DNA from: an uncultured bacterium
Lineage (GTDB): Bacteria > Verrucomicrobiota > Verrucomicrobiia > Limisphaerales > UBA8199
NCBI GenBank assembly: GCA_963749495.1
Contig: CAVVMW010000006.1
Coordinates: 832,001-896,000, forward strand
DNA length: 64,000 nucleotides
Direction: 5' to 3'
How positions within the stretch are numbered: position 1 is the stretch's first letter; each line of letters starts with the position of its first letter. The position numbers and the translations under genes are program-made. The notes under the pieces are model-generated. The model searched no databases and had not been told where the DNA came from. It was given only the letters and a program-made list of their open reading frames with translations. Shown here piece by piece: positions 28,096 to 37,287 of this stretch.

Positions 28096-28575
28096 ATGAA
28101 AAAACGGGATAACCAACTGCCCAATCCGGCCGGCAGGACGAGGACCGCCAAACGGGCCTCGAAGGAATCGCCGGTGACACCGCCCGCGCAGGAGCAAGCC
28201 GCTGGCCGAAGCGCAGCGGAAGCCCCAGCCCGGCCGCAGCCCAAAGCGCCGCCGCCGCCGCCACCACCGGCCCCGGCCCCGCCGCCGCCCTCCGCCCCGC
28301 CAACCCCCGAAGCCGCCGCCGTGGCCTTCTCGCTCTTCGAGCCTCACGCGAAACAGGTGTGCCTTTGCGGCCAATTCAACAACTGGTCCCCCAAGGCCAA
28401 CCCGATGGCACGCCGTGGCGACGGGCATTGGCTGGCCACCCTCGCCCTCAAGCCGGGCCGCTACGAGTATAAATTCCTTGTCGATGGACAATGGATGGCG
28501 GACCCCGAGGCGAAGCAGAGCGTCTATAATATCCACGGGACGCTCAACTCGGTCGTGGAAGTCGTCCGCAAGTGA
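28096..28575 (+). CDS. Pro-rich protein with glycogen-binding (CBM48/AMPK-beta-like) domain
   Basis: AKQVCLCGQFNNW...W...L.LKPGRYEYKFLVDGQWMADP...NSVV. Confidence 0.85.
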   Translation: MKKRDNQLPNPAGRTRTAKRASKESPVTPPAQEQAAGRSAAEAPARPQPKAPPPPPPPAPAPPPPSAPPTPEAAAVAFSLFEPHAKQVCLCGQFNNWSPKANPMARRGDGHWLATLALKPGRYEYKFLVDGQWMADPEAKQSVYNIHGTLNSVVEVVRK

Positions 28576-28632
28576 ATAGTTGGTGAATAACTTTCCCTTG
28601 CCCGCGGCAGGGAGACGGCTTAGATAAGGAAC

Positions 28633-28752
28633 GGCGAGGCGAGACGCTGGGTCCGAGTACCGGCTTTGAGATCCATGTGCCGGGGCGTCAGGACATAATC
28701 CCGCTTGCGGGAGCGCCAATCTCTTTAGCGCCGCCTCGCCCTTTGTTTTTTT
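28633..28752 (+). ncRNA. Candidate structured small RNA (unassigned family)
   Basis: Closing stem GGCGAGGCG/CGCCTCGCC, nested stems, G(CUUG)C tetraloop, two possible pseudoknots, 3' U-tract and upstream promoter-like boxes. Confidence 0.5.
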
Positions 28753-28840
28753 CAAAAGGCAGCTTGCATTGGGCCGCGTTTTGATTATCTTCCGCCGCTC
28801 CTGTCCCGGAGTGCCGGGCAATCCAGTTCAGCATAGCAGT

Positions 28841-29398
28841 ATGGCAACAGCAAATGACCTTCGCCGTGGCATGGCGATAAACTACAATGGTGACATCGTG
28901 GTGGTGTTGGACAGCCAGCACCGTACGCCCGGCAACCTGCGCGCCTTCGTGCAGGCGACCCTCCGCAGCATCCGCACCGGCAAGTCCTCGGACGTGCGGT
29001 TCAGCTCGACCGAGCGCCTCAACGTCATTCCCATGGTCACCCGCAAAATGGAATTCAGCTACAAGGACGGGGAGGACTTCGTCTTCTCCGATCCCGAGAC
29101 CTACGAGACGGTGACGCTCTCCCCGGAGACTGTCGGCGAGGCCAGGAATTACCTTGTGGAAAACGGGCCGGTGACCGTGACGTTCGTCGAGGAAAAGGCG
29201 GTGACCATCGAACTGCCGTCCAGCGTTGTGCTGACCGTTACCGATGCCCCCGGGGGCATCCGCGGCGATTCGGCCAACAATGTCCAGAAGGCGGTCGTCC
29301 TGGAAACCGGCATCACTGTCCAGGCCCCGCTCTTTATCAAGACGGGCGAAAAGATCAAGATCGATACCCGCACCGGCAAGTACATGGAGCGGGCGTGA
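28841..29398 (+). CDS. efp: Elongation factor P
   Basis: ANDLRRGM...HRTPGNLRAFVQ...PGGIRGDSA...LETG..VQAPLFI..GEKIKIDTRTGKY. Confidence 0.95.
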   Translation: MATANDLRRGMAINYNGDIVVVLDSQHRTPGNLRAFVQATLRSIRTGKSSDVRFSSTERLNVIPMVTRKMEFSYKDGEDFVFSDPETYETVTLSPETVGEARNYLVENGPVTVTFVEEKAVTIELPSSVVLTVTDAPGGIRGDSANNVQKAVVLETGITVQAPLFIKTGEKIKIDTRTGKYMERA

Positions 29399-29512
29399 GA
29401 GGGTCGTAAGGGGTGGAGACAAGGAAGAAACGGCGCCATAGCGGGCCGCAGGCGCGGCGGTTCCCTGGCGGGCGCAGTTGTCTCCAGGCCGATGCACGGA
29501 GGCTTTCAGGAC

Positions 29513-29591
29513 CTTTGTCGCGGCCTTTGTCGAAACCTTTGTCCAAATCCGGCTGAGCTCGACAAAGGCTCCGACAAAGGCCGCGACAAAG
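29513..29591. repeat. CTTTGTCG x3 / CGACAAAG x3 inverted doublet
   Basis: Same family at 41175-41253. Confidence 0.75.
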
Positions 29592-29825
29592 ATACCAAAG
29601 TGATTTCCAGGCCCCGGCCGCACGAATGCGGCGTTCCAGGAGCGGTGTCGGAAGCGCCCTCTTTTCTTCCGCTCTGGAAAAGGGTTTGACAACCGTGGCC
29701 CGTGGTCTTAAATGAGGTTGACGCATGAGAAGCACCCCTATGTTGGCATGATGCCTGGCATTTTGCCATTTCGGGGGGTTCTACCGGAACCGACCAACAG
29801 ACCCAACGCAAGCGAAAGGAACGCT

Positions 29826-32800
29826 ATGTTACGTCCCCCACGATGTTTCCAAACTGGCCTGCTCCTGATGGCAGCGGCGCTGCCGTCCCAGGCAGGGAAT
29901 TTCTCGACCGACTTCAACAGCAGCCCGCCTGCCCCGCCTGCAGGGACGGCGGTTTATGGCAACGCGGTTATCGAGGGCACCGGCGGGGTCGGAGCCTCCG
30001 GCTGCCTCAAGCTGACCAAGGCGGTCAACAGCGAACAGGGCAGCTTCGTCCTGGATGACTTGGACGGCGGCGCGCAGATTTACGGCTTTGATGTCTCCTA
30101 CGATCTGCTGCTGGGGGGCGGCACGTTCAACTCCTGCGGACGGCATCAGCCTCTGCTTCGCGCCGGGCCTGCCGGCCGGGGCCTGGGGCGAGCGCGGGAC
30201 CGGCAGCGGCTGGATCTTCTTCATGGACACTTATGACAATGGGGCCGGCACGGAGACTCCGCGAGACCCTTCGATTACCGTGGTGTACGGGGGCACGCCG
30301 CTGGCGACGAGCCTCGAGACGATTGCCACGATCACCACCAATGCCTTTGTGCACGTCCACATCCGCCTGAATCCGGATGGCAGCTTGCTGTGGGAGTACC
30401 GGGGGCGAACCATTTTCACCAACCTGTTCGTTGGCGCCTACCAGGACTGGGTCAACGCCGGCTCGGGCGGCCAGTTTGGCTTTGGGGCCCGCACCGGGGG
30501 CCAGAACGAGAACGCGTTCGTGGATAACCTCCAGATCACCACCTTCACAACCCCGATGGTCGGCATCAGCCAGCAGCCGGTCTCGCAAACATTCCTGCAG
30601 GGCGACAATGCCTTCTTTGACGTGCGCATAGCCAATACCAATAACGTTGCTTACCAATGGTTCAAGAACAGCACTGCAATCCCCGGCGCCACCACCCAGA
30701 CCCTGACCCTTACCAACGTCCAGGCCGCCGACTCCGGCAGCAAATACAAGGTCACGGCCACCGGGCCCAATAATGCCGTCACCAGCACCGAGGTGACGCT
30801 GCCCGTGGCGAACCTCACGCTGCCCTCCACGCCTCAGCTTTCGTTCAACTTCGACGACGGCCTCACCCCGGCAGGGACCACCGTCCTCGGCTCGGGCACC
30901 GTCAACACCTCCGGCGGCGTGAGCAACTCCGGCTGCCTCGAGTTGACGACAGCCCAGAATTCCCAGAACGGCGCTTTCGTGATTTCTGACCCAAACGCCG
31001 GGGCGCCCGTCTATGGCTTTACCGCGCGTTTCAAGAGTTTCGTTGGAAACGGCACGACTCCGCCCGCCGACGGTTTCGCTTTTGCCTTCGGCAGCGATTT
31101 TCCGGCCGACCCAACCACCGCCTCGCCCAACGATTATGACAACGGCAACGGCCTGGGCACGGGACTGGTCGTGTCGTGGGATACGTACAATGCCGATTCG
31201 ATCTACGGGGTGAGCCCCCGAACCGAGCCTGTGCCCGCCCCATCGATTTCGGTCCACTACGGCGGCCAGCTCCTGGGCACGGTCCAGGAGCCCCTTTCCT
31301 TCATGATGAGCAATCTCAACCCGGACGGGACGCCGGCTTATGACGACACGGTCATCCAGTTGAATACGGACGGCACACTCAATGTGGTCTATCGCGGGGC
31401 GTTCGTGTTCGAGAACCTGCCGGTCCCGTCCTTTGCTTCGATCGCCGGCGGCAGCTTTGCCTTGGGCGCGCTCACTGGCGGGCTGAACGAGGACGCCTGG
31501 TTCGATAACCTCCAAATCACCTCCGTCACCACCCCGGGAGCGGTTCGCATCACGACCCAGCCCCTGAGCCAGACCATCCTGATCGGGCACGCGATGACCA
31601 ATACCGTCACCCTCAATAATGCCTCCGGCATTACGTATCAATGGTTCCGCGGCAGCGTTGCCATCACGGGCGCCACCAATAGCGTCTATGTCATCCCCGC
31701 CGTCGCCACCAATGATTCGGGCGCAGTCTTTGCGGTGCAGGCCACCCGGTCGAGTGTCACCGTCACCAGCGCCCCGGCAACGTTGACGGTTGCCTTCCTG
31801 GCGCCCCCGGCCAGCCCCCAATTCTCGTTCAATTTCGATGACGGACAGGTCCCGGCCGGCACGGGCGTTTATGGCAATGCCTTCGTCACCAACAGCGGGG
31901 GCGTGGGCGATTCGGGCTGCCTCCACATGACCGATGCGGTCCTCAGCGAAAACAGCGCTTTTGTGGTGAGCAATCTCGTGTTCAACGGCGCGCTAGTCAG
32001 CGGCATTTCCGTGGCGTTTGATGTGCTCGAGGGCGGGGGAGCAGCCCGCCGGCGGACGGCTTCAGCTTCAATTGGGCGGCGGGCCTGCCGGACGGCGTCG
32101 TTGGCAGCGCGGAAGCCGGAACGGGCAACGGCGTCTCACTCTGCTTCCGCATCTATGTGGGCAACGGCAATGCGGACAATCCGCCCTCGCCTTACATCGG
32201 CATCAAGTACAACGGCGCGTTTGTCGCCTCGACCCAAATCCCCGCCGTCCAGCTCGACACCGGTTCGGGTTACCGCACGATGCTCTTCCGGGTTGACCCG
32301 GACGGCAAGGCCTACCTGGCCTATGGCGAGCGGGTCCTTTACAACGGGCTGCAACTGCCCAACTTCACCTTCATCGCCAACAGCAAGTTCGGCCTTTACG
32401 GGCGCACAGGCGGTGCGGACGAGAACCAGTGGTTCGACAATATCCGCATCCAGGCGACCAAGAGCAGCGGGCCGTTGTCCGTCGCCACGCAGCCTGCGGA
32501 TGCGACCGTCATCGCCGGCAAGCAGGCCACGTTCACCGTCGGCTTGAGCGATCCCAATGGCGCCAGCTATCAATGGTACAAGAACAACACCGCCATCGGC
32601 GGCGCCAACGCCTTGTCTTACACCACGCCGCCGACGGCGCTCACGGATAATGGCGCCCTGTTCAAGGTCGTGGCCACCGGCCCGGGCGGCACGGCCACCA
32701 GCAGCAATGCCCTCCTGACGGTCGTTGCGCCCATCACCATCACCAACCCGATCGTCACCTATGACTTCAGCGATGGCGTGGTTCCAGACGGGACCACGCT

Positions 32801-33560
32801 CAACGGCGGCGGCGGCGGCGGCTATATTACCCCAGGCGTCCTGCACATGACCGATGCCGTCAACAGCGAGGGCGGAACCTTCATCATCCCCGATTTGAAC
32901 TCCAATGAAACGGTCAATGCCTTCACGGTGTATTTCTCGGTGAGGATTGGCGGCGGCACGGTGCCCCCGGCCGACGGCGTTAGCCTCTCGTTCGCCAGTT
33001 CAAACGATGTCCCGGCCAATGTCGTGGTGAGCGAGGGCGGCATCGGCACCGGCCTCATCGTCATTTTCGATTTGTATAATGGCGCCAATCCCTACTTCGG
33101 CATCACCTATAACGGAACGCCTCTCGTGGTCGACTACGTCCCCTATGCCGCGATGGAGACTGGCGACAACTACGCCGACACGTTCATTCGGCTCAACGCC
33201 AACGGGACGGTCAATGTCCAGTTCAATGGCAACGTGCTCTTCAACCAGGTTCCTCTGCCGGGCTACAGCGCCGCCGCCGGCAATGAGTTTGTCTTCGGCG
33301 CCCGCACGGGCGGACTCAACGAGAACCAATGGATAAACAAGATCGAGATCGCCACGACCACCGGCCTGGCGCCGGTGCCCATCAGCTTCAGCGCCGGGCC
33401 GACAGGCCTGCGGCTCACCTGGAGCGGTCAGGGGTTCAAGCTCCAATCCACCGGCAGCCTCAAACCGCCGATCCAATGGACCGACGTGCCCAGTGCCTCC
33501 TCGCCCTTCACGGCGCCGTTGACCGGCTCCGCGCAATTCTATCGCCTGGCGCCGCAATGA
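29826..33560 (+). CDS. Large secreted protein: four ConA/legume-lectin-like modules alternating with Ig domains (frameshifts near 30129 and 32040)
   Basis: Signal peptide; repeated FNFDDG..PAGT...GGV..SGCL.LT.A...PADG...FGARTGG.NE..W.DN; Ig units YQWFKN...IPGAT; C-terminus QFYRLAPQ. Confidence 0.75.
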
Positions 33561-33773
33561 GCGCCGGCTCGGCGAAGCGGTTCACGGGGTTCCCAGCCCC
33601 GTGAATCCGTCACATCCGGGCACGGCTCCCGCGCTTTGGCGTTCGGCCTGTCCTTCCACGACGCCCTGCGACAGATCGCCGTTCAATAAAACGGCAAACT
33701 CCTGCCCAGGAGGGCCCGTATAGCCAAGGGCAAGGGCCGCGGGAGGGCACCGCGCAGGCCGCCCCCGGGTTTT

Positions 33774-34225
33774 GTCCCGGAGGGACATTTGAGAATAGCC
33801 CAACGTTTCAACGTTGGGATGCGGGCGAACATGCGCAAAGTCCCGAAGGGACGGCTGAAATCCTCCGGCGACTCAGATGTCCCTTCGGGACTCGGAGTGC
33901 CTGCGCATCCAACCCAACGTTGAAACGCTTGTCTTGACCCACATCCTCACGTGCCCTCATGGAGCGGGTCTGATGGCCCTCAAGGATCTCCGAAGCACGT
34001 TTCTCATCCCGGAGGGATGCCAGAAGGTAGCCGGGGTCGAAGCGTAGCGAGACCCCCGGCGCCCCGACGGCAAGGGATTGCATCCCAGAGGGATGCCAGA
34101 AGGCGCCCACCGCCCACGTGTGCTCTTCTGGCACCCCGCCGGGGTGCAGGGCCACCAACGCCCTCAACCGGGGGTCGCCGCCGGACGGCGACCCCGGCTA
34201 CCTTCTGCCAACCCTCCGGGTTGGC
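33774..34225. repeat. Cluster of two REP-like multi-hairpin families
   Basis: GTCCCGGAGGGAC...CCCAACGTTTCAACGTTGGG unit with inverted partner (33774-33930); CCGGAGGGATGCCAGAAGGTAGCCGGGG unit with inverted partner (34008-34225), the latter also at 56390-56610. Confidence 0.7.
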
Positions 34226-34313
34226 CGGGCGTTGCCGCCGGTTGGTATGAAGGGCGCCTTTGGGGGCTAAAAGTGGCCGGCTCATCAGGCATTTCTCCCG
34301 CCTGGCGTGGTCG

Positions 34314-34865
34314 TTAACGGAGAAACTTGCCGACGAAGGGCGAGGTCTCGCCGCGCCTCAGGAAATGGCCGGAAGGACCTTCGCCCAGAAACTCGGCGAA
34401 CCACGATTCATGCTCGATCTCTTCGTTGAGGATGGCTTGAGCCAGGTCGTAGGTGCGATGGTCCTTGCCGGCAGTCAGGTTGCAGATGTGCGTGTAGCCC
34501 TGCACCGCGCAACGTTCCGCGCCCACCAAAACCTTGAGCATGGCCGTGATGTCCTTTGGGTCGGCCGGCAATCTGGCCGGCGGACAGGCCGAGGCATCAT
34601 GAAAGACTTTCATGTCGTCCGGCAATTTGCCGCCCAGCTCGTAGATGCGAGGAACCAGGGCTTCGAAGTGGTTCCGGTCTTCGATGCGGGCAGTCTCCGT
34701 GATTTCCTTGAGGCCTTCGCCTTCCAAACCAATCAGGTTCACACGCAGGATTGTGTAGTAATAGAACGTGGTGAGTTCGGCCGCGGCGTTCCGGACCAGC
34801 AACTCCACCAACTGTTCAACGTTGATGCCTGCCTTCTCCACTAACTGTCGGGCAACTTTCGCCAT
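34314..34865 (-). CDS. dps: Dps-like (DpsL) ferritin-family protein
   Basis: AAAELTTFYYYTIL, EDRNHFEAL, ASACPP, AERCAV and EEIEHESWF motifs. Confidence 0.9.
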   Translation of the reverse strand: MAKVARQLVEKAGINVEQLVELLVRNAAAELTTFYYYTILRVNLIGLEGEGLKEITETARIEDRNHFEALVPRIYELGGKLPDDMKVFHDASACPPARLPADPKDITAMLKVLVGAERCAVQGYTHICNLTAGKDHRTYDLAQAILNEEIEHESWFAEFLGEGPSGHFLRRGETSPFVGKFLR

Positions 34866-35190
34866 AGTGTTTTCCTTTCCCATGGTCCAAGAGATTGCGG
34901 CGGGACGGTTCACTCCGCAATGCCCTTCCTGGCATAGTTGGTCTTCCCGCGCAACTCGAGGCTCGGCTTCATTATAGCTGCGCCAGCGAGCCCTTTCAAG
35001 CCGTTAAAGTTGAAAAGATAATTGCTCGGTGCTTGAGCGCCCACCCGGGCAAACAGGCTCCAGGTGACCGACAGGCTTTATCTCCCGGCCCAAGGGGCCG
35101 CCAGAGCCCAGCCCAGGGCTGAGGCCGTCAGGCCGATGCCCTGGGTACAGGGCCAGCGAAATCAATCGCGCCCTGAAAGGGGAATGGCAC

Positions 35191-35541
35191 TTACTTAGTG
35201 CCTAAAACTTTGGCGCTTAGGCGCTTGCGTCGATGGGGATGAGGTGCCCTCTGGAAGATAATCTTGCGGGACAGCCGCTCCATGTCACGCAACAGCCCCC
35301 GCACCTGTCGGTAGTGGTTAACCGCTTGGCGCATCTGCTCGAACTCCTCCTGGGTTAGTGAGACGGTGATCGTCTTCTGCGCGACTTTGCGCGTCCACTG
35401 GTAACCGGTACCTCCGCCCGAGCGCCGCGTGCGGTCCTGCACCGAGCCCTGGCTGAGGTAGCCTATTTGGCTCAAACGGCGTCGCAATTGCTCGTATTGC
35501 CGGTCCCAGGAGGCGGTGCCCTCATACAGATTTTTGTTCAT
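35191..35541 (-). CDS. Small IS accessory protein (DUF6788-like)
   Basis: LSQIGYLSQGSV...YQWTRKVAQKTITVSL...AV.HYR; its stop codon lies in the left IR. Confidence 0.65.
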   Translation of the reverse strand: MNKNLYEGTASWDRQYEQLRRRLSQIGYLSQGSVQDRTRRSGGGTGYQWTRKVAQKTITVSLTQEEFEQMRQAVNHYRQVRGLLRDMERLSRKIIFQRAPHPHRRKRLSAKVLGTK

Positions 35542-35593
35542 CGGCCTCAATTTTAGCTTGCCGGTCAAGCATAGTCCAGTATATATACTGGAC

Positions 35594-37060
35594 ATGCACA
35601 CGCCCTTTTTCCCACCCTGGCGCTCTCGCCTGGCCCGCTTGGGTTCCCGCACCGCCCACGCCTGCCGCCAGGTCCGCGCCTATACCCTCTGCCAACTGGA
35701 AAAGTGCTTCTCCTCCTCGGTACCCCAGGAGTGCTTTCCCAAGGCCAAGGCCTCCGCCCACAAAAACTGCCGCGACCGCGACTACACCCGCTGGCGCACC
35801 TTCTGGTGCATGGTCTGGCAAGCCCTCAACCCCGACGCCTCCGGGCGCGAGGTCGTGCGCCAACTCCAGGCCCTCTTCCTCTTGGAAGACGGCCCCCAGA
35901 TCTCCCCCGAGGACGGCGCCTACTGCCGCGCCAAGGCCCGCCTGCCGCTCAGGCAATTCCCCAAGGTTTTGGCCGCCACCGCCCGGGCCGCCGACAAGCA
36001 AGTCCCGGCCCTGACTCAACTCCAAGGCCGGCCCCTCAAGGCCGCCGACGGCTCGGCCCTCACGCTGGCCGACACGCGCAAAAACCGAAGGGCGTATCCC
36101 CCTCTGCAGTGCGCCGACAAACCCAGCTTCCCCAAGATGCGCATCGTCGTGCTCTTTTCCATGCTCAGCGGCGCGATCCTGGCCATGGCCCAAGGCAGCT
36201 TGGCGCTCTCCGAACTGTCGTTGTTGACGCTGCTCAGCAGCCAATTGGTGGCCGGGGATATCCTGGTGGCAGACCGCGGCTTCGGTTTTTACGCGGTCCT
36301 CGCCTGGCTCAAGCACCTTCTGAACGTGGACTTCATCGGGCGGTCCACGCGCCGGCTCGATGGGCGAAGGCGCCTCCGCCGCTTGGGCAGAAACGACTGG
36401 CTCTTCGTGTGGGGAAAACCCCAGCGCCGGGCTCCCTGGCTGACGCTGCTCCAATGGATTGGCTTGCCCAGCCAGTTGACGGTGCGCGTGGTCAAGGGCA
36501 GTTGCTATCAGAAAGGCTTCCGCGTACGCCAGGTCAAACTGGTGACCACGCTCTTGGACCCAGAACTCTACCCCGCCGAACAGATCCTCCGCGCTTACTT
36601 GCGGCGGTGGCGCCTGGAGATGTGCCTGGATGACCTGAAAACCACTCTGGAAATGGAGACCCTCCGCGGGCGCAGCCCGAACATGGTTCGCAAAGAGGCC
36701 TACACGCGCCTCATCGCCCACAATCTCATCCGTGGCACCATGGCTCAGGCCGCCACCGAACATGAGGTGCCCCTGGAGCGCATCAGCTTCAAAGGCTCGC
36801 TGGACGCAATCCGGCACTTTACCCAGGCCATGGCCCAAGCCCGCTCCAAAAAGAAACGCCGCCAACTGTGGTCCGATCTGCTCGAAACGCTAGCCGCCGA
36901 TTTGGTCCCCGAGCGGCCAAACCGACGCGAGCCGCGCGCCGTCAAACGCAAGAAAAACAAATACCCGCGGCTCAACGCACCCCGCCGCAGGTTCCGCGAT
37001 CATCTCAAACGTCACACGCGCCGCACCAGGGCCCGTTTGCGCAAGCTCGGTCTTATGTAA
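35594..37060 (+). CDS. IS4-family DDE transposase
   Basis: AYCRAKARLP, AADGS, LVADRGF, Y.RRWRLEMCLDDLK (YREK) and RPNRREPRAVKR motifs. Confidence 0.9.
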   Translation: MHTPFFPPWRSRLARLGSRTAHACRQVRAYTLCQLEKCFSSSVPQECFPKAKASAHKNCRDRDYTRWRTFWCMVWQALNPDASGREVVRQLQALFLLEDGPQISPEDGAYCRAKARLPLRQFPKVLAATARAADKQVPALTQLQGRPLKAADGSALTLADTRKNRRAYPPLQCADKPSFPKMRIVVLFSMLSGAILAMAQGSLALSELSLLTLLSSQLVAGDILVADRGFGFYAVLAWLKHLLNVDFIGRSTRRLDGRRRLRRLGRNDWLFVWGKPQRRAPWLTLLQWIGLPSQLTVRVVKGSCYQKGFRVRQVKLVTTLLDPELYPAEQILRAYLRRWRLEMCLDDLKTTLEMETLRGRSPNMVRKEAYTRLIAHNLIRGTMAQAATEHEVPLERISFKGSLDAIRHFTQAMAQARSKKKRRQLWSDLLETLAADLVPERPNRREPRAVKRKKNKYPRLNAPRRRFRDHLKRHTRRTRARLRKLGLM

Positions 37061-37287
37061 GCGCCATTCCCCTGAAAGGGCGCAAGACTCTGGCGCCCCT
37101 TCAGGGCGCGGGGTCCGCCTCTGCAACGAAACCCAGGGCATCGGCCTGACGGCCTCAGCCCTGGGCTAGGCTCTAGCGGCCCTTCGGGCCGCGACGAGGC
37201 GCACGGCGGTATTGGCCGGCCAAGAGGTCGGTCACCCTGGAACACCTGACCCGCCCTGCGGTTGTTCTTGTCCGTCATCGGGCAGCA

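Larger units (their letters stand above)
35182..37069 (+). mobile_element. IS4-family element inserted in a REP-like repeat, 11-bp target duplication
   Basis: IRs GAATGGCACTTAC / GTAAGCGCCATTC; CCCTGAAAGGG at 35171-35181 and 37070-37080. Confidence 0.9.

Noticed and set aside
28633..28752. Assignment of the structured RNA to 6S, SRP, tmRNA, guanidine or c-di-GMP riboswitch, twister or hammerhead
   Set aside because: Length and the hallmark conserved nucleotides of those families do not match as far as I can tell, so it is left unassigned.
29826..33560. Diversity-generating retroelement or shufflon in the repeated lectin modules
   Set aside because: The repeats are diverged protein-domain duplications. 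There is no reverse transcriptase, no adenine-specific TR/VR pair and no recombinase.
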